A stretch of DNA of 35,089 bases, taken from the NCBI GenBank assembly GCA_001302825.1, contig LIZR01000006.1:1-35089 (forward strand), in the 5' to 3' direction. The notes under the pieces were generated by a model. That model was given only the letters and a program-made list of their open reading frames with translations, did not search any database and had not been told where the DNA came from. Positions 26,925 through 35,089 of the stretch are shown here, one piece after another. Position numbers and translations under genes: made by a program. Position 1 is the first letter of the stretch, and the number at the start of each line of letters is the position of its first letter. The DNA is from Planctomycetes bacterium DG_23 (GTDB lineage: Bacteria > Planctomycetota > DG-23).

Positions 26925-28187
26925 TTAAAAGAGTTCTTTTTGTTCTGTCTCCTTCTTTTCTTCTTCAGCGAAGATGTTGATTTTGCCAAAGACGCCATCG
27001 TAGCCGGGCACAATCTGAAGACGGGCCTCCCTCACCCTTCTTATCCCCTCCGAGACCCTGGGCGAGGCCAGTTTTTCAATCTCTTCCTCAGGGACATTCA
27101 GAAGCATATCCAGTTCGCTTCCCAGATGCAAGATGAGCCGCTGATATTCTCCTTCCACTGCTTTGGTATTTACTCCCTGAGATAAGGCCTCAGCAATTAT
27201 CTCCGATAGCGGAACGAGATGCCGGGCACCGATGGCATCCTGGGGAGTGAAACCTTCGGGTCTATCGGCAAGACTTTCTACCCGATGCATTACCCCCACG
27301 GTGAGTCGGCGTCCGCAGACCGGGCAGATGTAATTGTGGCTTTTGGTTTCAGCCGGCGAAAAGAGCACGCCGCAATTTCGGTGTCCGTCATAGTGATATT
27401 TTCCTTCCTGGGGGAAGAATTCAATGGTGTAAAGAAAGGCATTTCTATTTTTTGTTTTGAGCGCCTCTATAATCTCATAATAATCCAGAGCGCAGTCAAA
27501 GACATTGGCCTCGCGGCCAATTTTTGAAGGAGAGTGGGCGTCGGAATTGGAGATGAGGGTTATCTCATCCAGGGCAGAAAGCCGCCAGTTCATCTGAGGG
27601 TCGGAGGAAAGGCCGGTCTCAATGACCCGGATGTAGCCGGCCTCTTCCTCAAAGCATTCCTCAATGGAATCAAAGCCCGAATTAGCGCCGAATAGGGAAA
27701 ACCAGGGCGTCCAGACATGGGCCGGCACGATGAGGATGTCGGGAGAAATATCTCTTACGATTCTTACCAAATCCTTGACTGCGAAACTGAAGGTGGGCCG
27801 GCCGTCCGCGTGCAGGTTTCCTCGTTTGGCCAAAGCGGCGTTAATCTCTTCTGCAACTTGAAAAGTCGGGGCGAAGAGCATGGTATGAATCTTGCGCAGT
27901 TTTCCGCCCTGAGTGAAGATGTTGTTCACCTCGGCAGTCAGGATGAAATGAACCTGTTTATCCTTTGATTCCGGTGGATTTTTGAGGAGAAATAGGCCGT
28001 TTCCGCCGGCGACAAGTTTGGCCTTAAGTTCTGCGAAATAGGCAGGATGAGTAAAATCTCCCGTGCCCAGAAGTGCGATGCCTTTGTTTAGAGCCCAGCG
28101 AGCCAGAGTCTCTACCTCCATATCCTTGCTGGTAGCCCGGCTATATCTGGAATGGACATGAAAATCAGCGATAAATGACAAGTGCAA
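26925..28187 (-). CDS. PHP-domain endonuclease Q (EndoQ)-family protein
   Basis: ADFHVHSRYSRATS, GTGDF, PAHVWTPW, ETGLSSD, SNSDAHS, GKYHYDGHRNC...CPVCG, PGYDGVFG. Confidence 0.88.
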   Translation of the reverse strand: MHLSFIADFHVHSRYSRATSKDMEVETLARWALNKGIALLGTGDFTHPAYFAELKAKLVAGGNGLFLLKNPPESKDKQVHFILTAEVNNIFTQGGKLRKIHTMLFAPTFQVAEEINAALAKRGNLHADGRPTFSFAVKDLVRIVRDISPDILIVPAHVWTPWFSLFGANSGFDSIEECFEEEAGYIRVIETGLSSDPQMNWRLSALDEITLISNSDAHSPSKIGREANVFDCALDYYEIIEALKTKNRNAFLYTIEFFPQEGKYHYDGHRNCGVLFSPAETKSHNYICPVCGRRLTVGVMHRVESLADRPEGFTPQDAIGARHLVPLSEIIAEALSQGVNTKAVEGEYQRLILHLGSELDMLLNVPEEEIEKLASPRVSEGIRRVREARLQIVPGYDGVFGKINIFAEEEKKETEQKELF

Positions 28188-28204
28188 AACCTCCAGTCGT
28201 GTGC

Positions 28205-28876
28205 TCAGGGACTGAATTTTTTTCTGCGAAGTTCTATCCCCAGACGGACCAGAGCAGCTTCAAAATCGGCAAAACGCCAGCCAGCCAGTCTATTCTTGGC
28301 CCAGAATTTTTTTAGAGAACGAAGAACCTGCTTGGGGTCTTCTTTGGAAGAAATTATGCCCAGTTTTTCGGCCGCATCCATAACCAGACCGGAAGGCACC
28401 GGCTCGGCCTTTTTCCATATGCCGCGCAGTTCGCGCACGAAGATATTCACTGTAACATCGCCTATGCCCTTACCCAGGGCCTTAATCCTTTTTCCTAAAT
28501 CTTCTGTATCTTTGGCCTTGCGGTGAAGCAGATTCAAATCTCCGCCATAATTTTCCTTAAGGGCCTTCATAACCTCCAGAAGTTTGGTGGCGGTCTTGAA
28601 ATCATAGCGCACATAGCCGCCCTCATCAAGCAGGGCCACCAGGCCATCCCAGCCGGTAGCCAGGATTTTCTCCGGCGTAAGCACCCCCTCTTTTTCAAAG
28701 ACTTTATAGGTAGAAGTGGCAATGGTTTCGGAAATGCGCGCGCCATAAAGAATGGAGGCCAGAAACCATTTGAAGATTTCTTCCGACCTGCCGGAATCAA
28801 GATTGTTATTCAGAGCCTTGGAAAATCTCCCGCTGGCAGAGCGCAGCATCTCCAGAGCCTTACTATATTCAGGCAT
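28205..28876 (-). CDS. HhH-GPD superfamily-like (DNA glycosylase fold) protein
   Basis: FKWFLASILYGARISETIA, LTPEKI, GGYVRYDFKTA, HhH-like LGKGIGDVTVNIFVREL. Confidence 0.7.
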   Translation of the reverse strand: MPEYSKALEMLRSASGRFSKALNNNLDSGRSEEIFKWFLASILYGARISETIATSTYKVFEKEGVLTPEKILATGWDGLVALLDEGGYVRYDFKTATKLLEVMKALKENYGGDLNLLHRKAKDTEDLGKRIKALGKGIGDVTVNIFVRELRGIWKKAEPVPSGLVMDAAEKLGIISSKEDPKQVLRSLKKFWAKNRLAGWRFADFEAALVRLGIELRRKKFSP

Positions 28877-30116
28877 CTGGGCCTTTTCCTTCTGGTCTCC
28901 GGCTTATAATGTTCTGGGCAATTTCTTTCAAATCAGTATCCGATATGCTGGCCTTTTTATCGGCAAGGCGTCTTAATCTATCCAGGGCTTGTTTAAGTTC
29001 TATTTCGCTGAGGTCAAATCCGGCCTCTTCAAGTTTAAATTTCAGAAAGTGGCGGCCGATATGTTTACCCAGGAGAAGCTCGGGCGATTGGGCACCAACT
29101 TCTCGGGGGTCAAAGATGAGATAGGTTTCTTGGGCCTTCAGTATTCCGGCCTGGTGGATGCCGGCTTCGGTAGCAAAGACATTATCGCCGACAATAGGTT
29201 TATAAGGCCAGATGGGTATGCGGGTTAAGCGAGCCACCATTTCGCTCAACGAAGAAAGTTTTGTGGAATCAAAACGCACCTTGACGCCGAATTCATCTGA
29301 GTGCACCTTCAGCGCCATCACCACTTCCTCAAGTGCGGCATTTCCTGCCCTTTCACCGATGCCATTTACAGTGCACTGAACGATATTTGCTCCGGCAGCC
29401 ACCGCGGCCAGAGTATTTGCCGTGGCCAGCCCCAGGTCGTTATGGCAATGTACTGCCAGAAGGGCGTCCCGGATGTTTTTCACATTTTCGTTTATACCCT
29501 TGATGAAAGTGGTCATGGTTTTCGGTGTGGCAAAACCTGTAGTGTCGGCAAAGCCAATGCCAGAGGCCCCGGCTGAGATGGCTTCCTCATAGATTTGGAA
29601 GAGAAACTCCGGTTCGGTGCGGGAGGCATCCTCAGCTGCGAAAGACACGATGTCAAAATATTTTCTGGCATACTTTACGGAAGAGCGCGCTATCTCCAAA
29701 ATCTCTTCCGGTGTTTTCTCCAGTTTGAATTTGCGATGAATGGGCGAGGTGCCCAGGAAGATGGAGACCCCGGCCTTGCGGCGAGACAGACCCTCAAGGG
29801 CGCGAGCGGCCTTATCTATGTCCTCCTCTCGGGCCCTGGCCAAGGCGGTGACAATTGCCCTTCTTAGCCCCTGGGCCACGAGACACACGGTTTCAAATTC
29901 CTCCCGGGAAGAGATGGGGAATCCGGCATTGATGGAGTGAACACCGGCCTCTTCCAGTTTGCGGGCAATGGAGAGTTTCTCTTGAGGGGAAAATGAAACA
30001 CCGGGCATCTGCTCGCCTTCCCGCAGTGTGGCATCGCTGACGAGGATGGCTCCTTTTTCCTTTAGCGAGTGAACGATGACCTTTCTAACCCGTTCTTTGA
30101 ATGCGAAGGTGACCAA
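28869..30116 (-). CDS. 2-isopropylmalate/homocitrate synthase family (DRE-TIM) enzyme lacking the C-terminal regulatory domain
   Basis: DATLREGEQ, AGFP, EDASRT, HCHNDLG, NGIGERAGN, EAGIHQ, LGKH; ends before any LeuA regulatory domain. TTG start at 30116 chosen from SD AGGGGA (uncertain). Confidence 0.88.
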   Translation of the reverse strand: MVTFAFKERVRKVIVHSLKEKGAILVSDATLREGEQMPGVSFSPQEKLSIARKLEEAGVHSINAGFPISSREEFETVCLVAQGLRRAIVTALARAREEDIDKAARALEGLSRRKAGVSIFLGTSPIHRKFKLEKTPEEILEIARSSVKYARKYFDIVSFAAEDASRTEPEFLFQIYEEAISAGASGIGFADTTGFATPKTMTTFIKGINENVKNIRDALLAVHCHNDLGLATANTLAAVAAGANIVQCTVNGIGERAGNAALEEVVMALKVHSDEFGVKVRFDSTKLSSLSEMVARLTRIPIWPYKPIVGDNVFATEAGIHQAGILKAQETYLIFDPREVGAQSPELLLGKHIGRHFLKFKLEEAGFDLSEIELKQALDRLRRLADKKASISDTDLKEIAQNIISRRPEGKGPDA

Positions 30117-30300
30117 GGCAGTCCCCTTTTCCAGGGCAAAAGTATACTTTTCATTACTTTTTAGCAAAACACCTGAGGAAATTCAAGAAAAAGTCGCTCA
30201 AGAGGCGCAACTTTTGCTGACGGCTCCATTTGCCTTGACAAGGCCCTGCCCCGATGAGAAAATAAAACTGTCAAATTTTTTGTCCGAAGAGATAGTGGGC

Positions 30301-30762
30301 ATGCTCAAATTTCTGGCCGACGATATGGTGGGGAAATTGGCCCGGCGACTGCGTCTGGCTGGCTACGATACCCTTTATTTTAAGCATATCGACGACGGCC
30401 AGATGGTCACCCGCGCCAGAGCAGAAGAGAGAATCATAGTAACCCGGGACAGGAAACTGGCGGATAAATTTCATCTGGAGAATGTTTACATCGTCGGCTC
30501 TGAAGTCCCGGCCGAACAGTTCAGGCAAGTGGTTAAGGCCTTTGACCTGGATGTAAAGTCGGAAGCATTCAGCCGCTGCTTGGAGTGCAATGAACTCCTT
30601 GTGCCAGCAAAAAAAGAGGACCATAAGGCCGAAATTCCACCTCGCGTTTACAGGCTTCACAATACATTTTTCCGGTGTCCGGGATGTAAGAAACTATACT
30701 GGCGGGGAAGCCACTACGCCCGGCTTAAGGAAATGTTGTCGGCATCTGAGGGTGAAAGTTAG
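30301..30762 (+). CDS. Mut7-C RNase (PIN-like) domain protein with zinc ribbon
   Basis: KFLADDMVGKLARRLRLAGYD, IVTRD, SRCLECN, CPGCKKLYWRGSH; start moved to ATG 30301. Confidence 0.9.
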   Translation: MLKFLADDMVGKLARRLRLAGYDTLYFKHIDDGQMVTRARAEERIIVTRDRKLADKFHLENVYIVGSEVPAEQFRQVVKAFDLDVKSEAFSRCLECNELLVPAKKEDHKAEIPPRVYRLHNTFFRCPGCKKLYWRGSHYARLKEMLSASEGES

Positions 30763-30791
30763 CGGCTTTCAATTTTGAGTGAAACTGACTT

Positions 30792-31562
30792 ATGGATAGC
30801 ATAAAATTTTTGGGAACGGCCGGGGCGCGGTTCGTAATGATGAAGCAACTCAGGGCCTCGGGTGGGACCTGGCTTGCGCTTTCCCAGACCAACATACTTA
30901 TTGACCCGGGCCCGGGAACTTTGGTTAAATGCTGGCGCTCCCGGCCCAAACTCGACCCTTCCAAACTCGAGGCCATCGTCCTTTCCCACAAACATCTTGA
31001 CCATTCCGGAGATATAAATGTAATGATAGAGGCGATGACGGATGGCGGCTTCAAAAAGAGGGGGCTCGTCTTCGCCCCCAGGGACGCTTTAGAAGAAGAC
31101 CCGGTTATCCTGCACTATCTGAGAGATTATCCTGAACGCATTGAAGTTCTTGAAGAAGGCGAAAAATATGAAATAGGCCCGGTGACGCTGGAAGTGCCCA
31201 AGCGCCATTTGCACAGCGTAGAGACCTACGGGCTAAATTTTTCCACCAAAAAGCGAAGCATTTCCTTTGTGACCGACACCTACTTTTTCCAGGAAATTTC
31301 CGAAATCTATCCTGGCGAAATTCTGGTAATAAATGTGGTGCGCTTGCAGAAGGATGATAGAAAAGATATTCAGCACCTGAATTTGGAAGATGCAAAGCGT
31401 ATTATTGCCCAGGCCAAGCCTAAACTGGCCATTCTCACCCATTTCGGGATGACCGTTATCAGGGCCAGGCCCTGGGAATTGGCCGAAAAGATAGAGGAGG
31501 AGTTGGGCATCCGTGTGGTAGCGGCAAGAGATGGTATGAGCATAAACCTCGATGAAATTTAA
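30792..31562 (+). CDS. Metallo-beta-lactamase fold hydrolase (RNase Z/PhnP-like)
   Basis: FLGTAG, IDPGPG, SHKHLDH, TDT, LTHFG. Confidence 0.88.
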   Translation: MDSIKFLGTAGARFVMMKQLRASGGTWLALSQTNILIDPGPGTLVKCWRSRPKLDPSKLEAIVLSHKHLDHSGDINVMIEAMTDGGFKKRGLVFAPRDALEEDPVILHYLRDYPERIEVLEEGEKYEIGPVTLEVPKRHLHSVETYGLNFSTKKRSISFVTDTYFFQEISEIYPGEILVINVVRLQKDDRKDIQHLNLEDAKRIIAQAKPKLAILTHFGMTVIRARPWELAEKIEEELGIRVVAARDGMSINLDEI

Positions 31563-32899
31563 GTCTCTTCCGGCTGCAAAAATCTTTCATCAACAGGATA
31601 TATTCCGTCCATACAGGCCTTGCAAAGGCCCGGGTGGCCTATGGCCTCTTCCAAAATCTCTACCGAAGGATAGCAAACCGAATCTGCCCCGAGTTTTTTG
31701 GCCACCAGTCTTCCCACCTCATCGGCAGGCATTTTATGAAACCCGTAGGCGGCGTAGACCTTACTCTGGGGGTCTTTGAAGCAGGGGTAGCAAAGAGCCG
31801 GGCAGGAGATGACCAGATGAACCTCTGTGGCCCCGCTTCTCCTCAACTTATATATCATACCGTCGCGAACCACAGTTCCCCGGACAATGCTGTCATCGCC
31901 CAGGGCTACCCTTTTATCTTTTATCATTTCCCGAATTATGTAAAATTTTGACCGCGCGGCTTTTATGCGCTCCTCGGGGTCTTCAACCTGGAAAGTTCGT
32001 TTAGCCCCGGGGTTTTTCACTACGGCCTCTTCAAAAGGCTTACCCAGGGCTTGCGCATATCCCAGGGCCACGCCTCTGCCTGAATCCGGGGAAGCAATAA
32101 CCATATCTATGGAGAGGGGATATTTTTCCGCCAGAGCCTGGCCCAGTTTTTTTCTCACCAGATAGACATTGCGGCCTTCGATGGAAGAAGTGGGGTCAGC
32201 GAAATATACCCATTCAAAGGCACAATGGGCATGGTCGTCCTTTTTCAATTTTTTAGACGCCAGGCCATCTTTTGAAATTACGATTACCTCTCCGGGCTCT
32301 ACATCCTTTAGATATGAGGCCTCCACAGCATCCAGCGCCTTGGTTTCTGAGGCCACCATATATTCATTATTTTTTTTGCCGAGGCAAAGTGGTTTTATCC
32401 CCTTGGGGTCTCTGAGACACACCAAACTCAAATCTTTCGGCCCTTTCACCATAATGACCAGATTATAAGAACCCCGACCCTGGAGAGTGTCCATAAGTTT
32501 TTCGGCAGCGATGAAGATGTCGCCGGTTTCCTCCAGATGCTCAAGAAACATATTTTTGATGACTTCATCGTGTTTTTCAGCAAATCCTAACAGGGCGCCG
32601 TCCATAGTTAGTGACAGTGAAAAGCGTTTGCCCTCCACCTCCACCGGTTGGATATTTTCCATTTCCTCATAGAACGTCTGGCCGATGCCCGCATAGGGTT
32701 CTATGGCATCCAAAAAGGGAATTTCATCCTTGAGAAAATAATATACGAGACTCGGCCCCTTCTTGGTGAGAATTTTATCCTTGGCAACAGAGACGCCGCA
32801 GCCCTCCTCGCCTCGATGCTGAAGCGCAGTGAGGCCGTAGAAAAGTGTGTCCATAATGCTCTTTTTATCAAGAGAATAGACTCCCAATATCCCAGACAT
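31559..32899 (-). CDS. purF: Amidophosphoribosyltransferase (PurF) homologue with degenerate glutaminase site
   Basis: LQHRG, RDPKGIKPLCLG, VASET, CAFEWVYFA, PDSG, DDSIVRGT, LCKACMDG; start at ATG 32899 gives MSGI, not MCGI. Confidence 0.85.
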   Translation of the reverse strand: MSGILGVYSLDKKSIMDTLFYGLTALQHRGEEGCGVSVAKDKILTKKGPSLVYYFLKDEIPFLDAIEPYAGIGQTFYEEMENIQPVEVEGKRFSLSLTMDGALLGFAEKHDEVIKNMFLEHLEETGDIFIAAEKLMDTLQGRGSYNLVIMVKGPKDLSLVCLRDPKGIKPLCLGKKNNEYMVASETKALDAVEASYLKDVEPGEVIVISKDGLASKKLKKDDHAHCAFEWVYFADPTSSIEGRNVYLVRKKLGQALAEKYPLSIDMVIASPDSGRGVALGYAQALGKPFEEAVVKNPGAKRTFQVEDPEERIKAARSKFYIIREMIKDKRVALGDDSIVRGTVVRDGMIYKLRRSGATEVHLVISCPALCYPCFKDPQSKVYAAYGFHKMPADEVGRLVAKKLGADSVCYPSVEILEEAIGHPGLCKACMDGIYPVDERFLQPEET

Positions 32900-32969
32900 T
32901 CCCCATCCTTTCTTTCGCTTTTTTGCCCCTTTTAGGCGCAGGGTAGTCTTCGAGCATCTTGAAAACCAT

Positions 32970-33094
32970 ATCATAATGGAAAATTTGCCTGGTCTCAAGC
33001 ATTTTATTTATTCCCTCTAAGCCTCTATGGGCCAAACAAAAGCCCGGGACAAGAACCATTTATGTTTTGCAAATGCGGCCTTTTTTGATAAAAT
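32970..33094. promoter_or_regulatory. Divergent promoters for purF-like and leuCD
   Basis: Minus strand TTGAGA-N17-TATGAT (32970-32998); plus strand TTGCAA-N16-TAAAAT with TG extension (33067-33094). Confidence 0.5.
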
Positions 33095-33148
33095 TATTTT
33101 TTGGGGATGCTTGAGGCCAACTGGTTCTGCGACACGGCAGGAGAATTT

Positions 33149-34402
33149 ATGGGCAAAACTATAGCGGAAAAGATAATAAGCGAACACGCCGGTAAGGAAG
33201 TCTCGGCAGGCGAATTTGTGGTGGCCAATGTGGATCTGGCCTATATCCACGACGGCACCGGGCCTCTGGCCGTGCGCCAGATGAAGGAAATGGGCCTGGA
33301 GAAGGTATATGATACTGAAAAGGCGCTTGTCTTTTTGGACCATGCCTCGCCCTGTCCCCGCCAGGAACTGGCAAATGCCCACCAAATGCTGCGTGAATTC
33401 GCCAGCCGAACCGGCGCCACACTCTACGATGTGGGAAGAGGCATCTGTCATCAAATTGTGGTGGAAAGTTTTGCCTCTCCCGGCGACCTTATCGTGGGCG
33501 CAGACTCCCATACCACTACCGCGGGAGGGCTGGGGGCCTTTGCCACTGGGATGGGCTCGACCGATGTGGCCGTGGCTATGGCCTTAGGGCGCACCTGGCT
33601 GCGCGTGCCTGAGACTATCCGCATCCAGGCGAGTGGACGCTTTCCCCCGGGAGTTTATTCCAAAGATTTAATACTTCACATAATTGGTCAAATCAAAGCG
33701 AAAGGCGCTGTCTATAAGGCCCTGGAGTTTACAGGAGAGGCCGTGGCGGATATGCCCCTTCCCGAGCGTTTGACTATGGCCAATATGGCAATTGAGGCCG
33801 GGGCCAAGGCTGGCCTTTTCCCCACCGATGATGAGACCAGAAGGTTTCTGGAAGAGATGGGTCGGGGAGAAGATTTTCGCCCCATCGCTTCCGATGATGA
33901 CGCCCGGTTTCAAAAGACGCTAAAGATAGATGTGAGTAGTCTTGCCCCCACCCTCAGCGTGCCGCACTTTGTAGATAATGTGAAGACCATAGACGAAATT
34001 GGAGAGGTCAAAGTTGACCAGGTATTCATAGGCACCTGCACCAACGGACGCCTGAAAGATTTCCACATAGCAAAAGAGATGCTTGAGGGCCGGCAGGTCT
34101 CCCCGGGCACCAGGCTCATAATTATCCCGGCTTCCCAGAGGATATATCTGGAGGGTGCAAGAGACGGCACCTGGGAGGCCCTGGCCACCGCCGGCGGGTT
34201 GGTCAATTCGCCGGGTTGCGGGCCCTGTGTGGGGGTGCATCAAGGAGTTCTGGCAGATGGTGACGTATGCGTTTCCACCCAGAACAGAAATTTCAAGGGC
34301 AGGATGGGAAATCCCAACGCTTTTATTTATCTGGCCTCACCGGCAGTGGCTGCGGCTACGGCGATAAAGGGGAAAATCGCCGACCCCCGGGAATTTTTTT
34401 AA
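33149..34402 (+). CDS. leuC: 3-isopropylmalate dehydratase/homoaconitase large subunit (short, archaeal-like type)
   Basis: MGKTIAEKI, HDGTG, GICHQ, GADSHT, FIGTCTNGR, PGCGPCVG, NRNFKGRMG, LASP; start ATG 33149 after AGGAG. Confidence 0.93.
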   Translation: MGKTIAEKIISEHAGKEVSAGEFVVANVDLAYIHDGTGPLAVRQMKEMGLEKVYDTEKALVFLDHASPCPRQELANAHQMLREFASRTGATLYDVGRGICHQIVVESFASPGDLIVGADSHTTTAGGLGAFATGMGSTDVAVAMALGRTWLRVPETIRIQASGRFPPGVYSKDLILHIIGQIKAKGAVYKALEFTGEAVADMPLPERLTMANMAIEAGAKAGLFPTDDETRRFLEEMGRGEDFRPIASDDDARFQKTLKIDVSSLAPTLSVPHFVDNVKTIDEIGEVKVDQVFIGTCTNGRLKDFHIAKEMLEGRQVSPGTRLIIIPASQRIYLEGARDGTWEALATAGGLVNSPGCGPCVGVHQGVLADGDVCVSTQNRNFKGRMGNPNAFIYLASPAVAAATAIKGKIADPREFF

Positions 34403-34426
34403 CTTTTTCTTTGCCAGAGAATTAAA

Positions 34427-34544
34427 TGTGGGGAAGACCCTTTGGAAAAAGGGCCTTTCCCCACACTGCTTTCCTAAACCTTAAGGAGTAAGGTTTTTTG
34501 GAGGGAGTATGAGGGACGCCTTTTTTTCAAAAAAGGTTCCCTCA
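34427..34544. repeat. Composite palindromic (REP/BIME-like) element between leuC and leuD
   Basis: Hairpin 1 tgtggggaa...ttccccaca (34427-34465); central inverted repeat aaacctta/taaggttt (34476-34496); hairpin 2 tgaggga...tccctca (34510-34544). Confidence 0.75.
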
Positions 34545-34570
34545 CTTAGTTTTAACGAAAGGAAGTCTAA

Positions 34571-35071
34571 ATGGTACTGAAGGGCAGGGTCTGGAAATTC
34601 GGCGATGGCGTTAGCACGGATGATATAATTCCGGGGAGATTTTTTCACCTGCGGTCAAATCTGCCGGAACTGGCCAAGCATACCCTGGAAGACCTGCGGC
34701 CGCAGTTTGTGCCAGAGGTGAAATCAGGGGATTTTGTAGTGGGTGGCGAAAATTTCGGTCAGGGCTCATCGCGGGAACACGCGGCTCAGGTGCTTAAATC
34801 AAAAGGGGTGAACGCGGTCCTGGCTAAAAGTTTCGCCAGGATATTTTTCCGTAACGCCATAAATGTGGGCCTGGCAGCAATCATCTGCGATACCGACGAG
34901 ATCGATGAAGGCGACGAGTTAGAGATTAACCTTGAAAAAGGCATAATAACCAACCTCAGCAAAAAGAGAGACCTGACTTTCACCCCCCTCCCCCGGGTAA
35001 TGGCGTGCATACTTTCCGACGGCGGCCTGGTAGCGCACATCAAAAAGCAGGGAGAGTTCAAGTTGGATTAG
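34571..35071 (+). CDS. leuD: 3-isopropylmalate dehydratase/homoaconitase small subunit
   Basis: GRVWKFGD.VSTDDIIP, NFGQGSSREHA, AKSFARIFFRNAINVG, GGL. Confidence 0.93.
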   Translation: MVLKGRVWKFGDGVSTDDIIPGRFFHLRSNLPELAKHTLEDLRPQFVPEVKSGDFVVGGENFGQGSSREHAAQVLKSKGVNAVLAKSFARIFFRNAINVGLAAIICDTDEIDEGDELEINLEKGIITNLSKKRDLTFTPLPRVMACILSDGGLVAHIKKQGEFKLD

Positions 35072-35089
35072 TACCCCGGATAGGGCAAT

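Noticed and set aside
30138-30151. Palindrome AAAAGTATACTTTT upstream of the LeuA-like gene
   Set aside because: AT-rich, single occurrence, and coincides with a possible -10 (TATACT); too little support for an operator call.
32868-33059. 63-aa minus-strand ORF upstream of purF as a leader peptide
   Set aside because: It overlaps the purF start and a plausible promoter (TTGAGA-N17-TATGAT) and has no recognisable motif.
852-35061. Numerous short antisense or alternative-frame ORFs in the supplied track
   Set aside because: They are shadows of well-supported genes and carry no recognisable motifs.

Overview
A gene-dense bacterial chromosomal segment, probably from an anaerobe. The zinc-ribbon membrane protein and ABC permease style loosely suggest Planctomycetota/PVC, but that is a weak inference. 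From left to right it contains: a DUF302 gene with an apparent 5' frameshift; a CopA-type Cu P1B-ATPase; two small Cys-motif envelope proteins; an orphan ABC permease; a moxR-DUF58-transglutaminase triad; tRNA-Leu(GAG); a TlpA-CcdA fusion; an ADP-forming acyl-CoA synthetase; an MFS transporter; and a SagB-like nitroreductase. Next comes a ~10 kb metal/Fe-S accessory block (16.8-26.9 kb): arsR-acr3 converges on a DUF134 / DUF5320 x2 / NifX-DUF5320 / CooC / NifX / FmdB / methyltransferase / Mrp gene string, which is divergent from arsR2-membrane protein-ABC exporter and an unannotated 45-aa Cys/His peptide. The right end holds EndoQ-like and HhH DNA-processing genes, a LeuA-like synthase, Mut7-C, an MBL hydrolase, a PurF paralogue with a degenerate glutaminase site, and leuCD with a composite palindrome between them. 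I saw no transposase, integrase, phage gene or CRISPR array. The best candidate for an undescribed system is the 18.5-23.9 kb gene string: four consecutive proteins carry Gly/Arg/Met/Tyr low-complexity regions, two share a coiled-coil tail, and they are linked to metallocluster chaperones under a palindromic operator that has a near-copy at the arsR-acr3 promoter. All family calls come from motif recognition by eye; no database searches were run.
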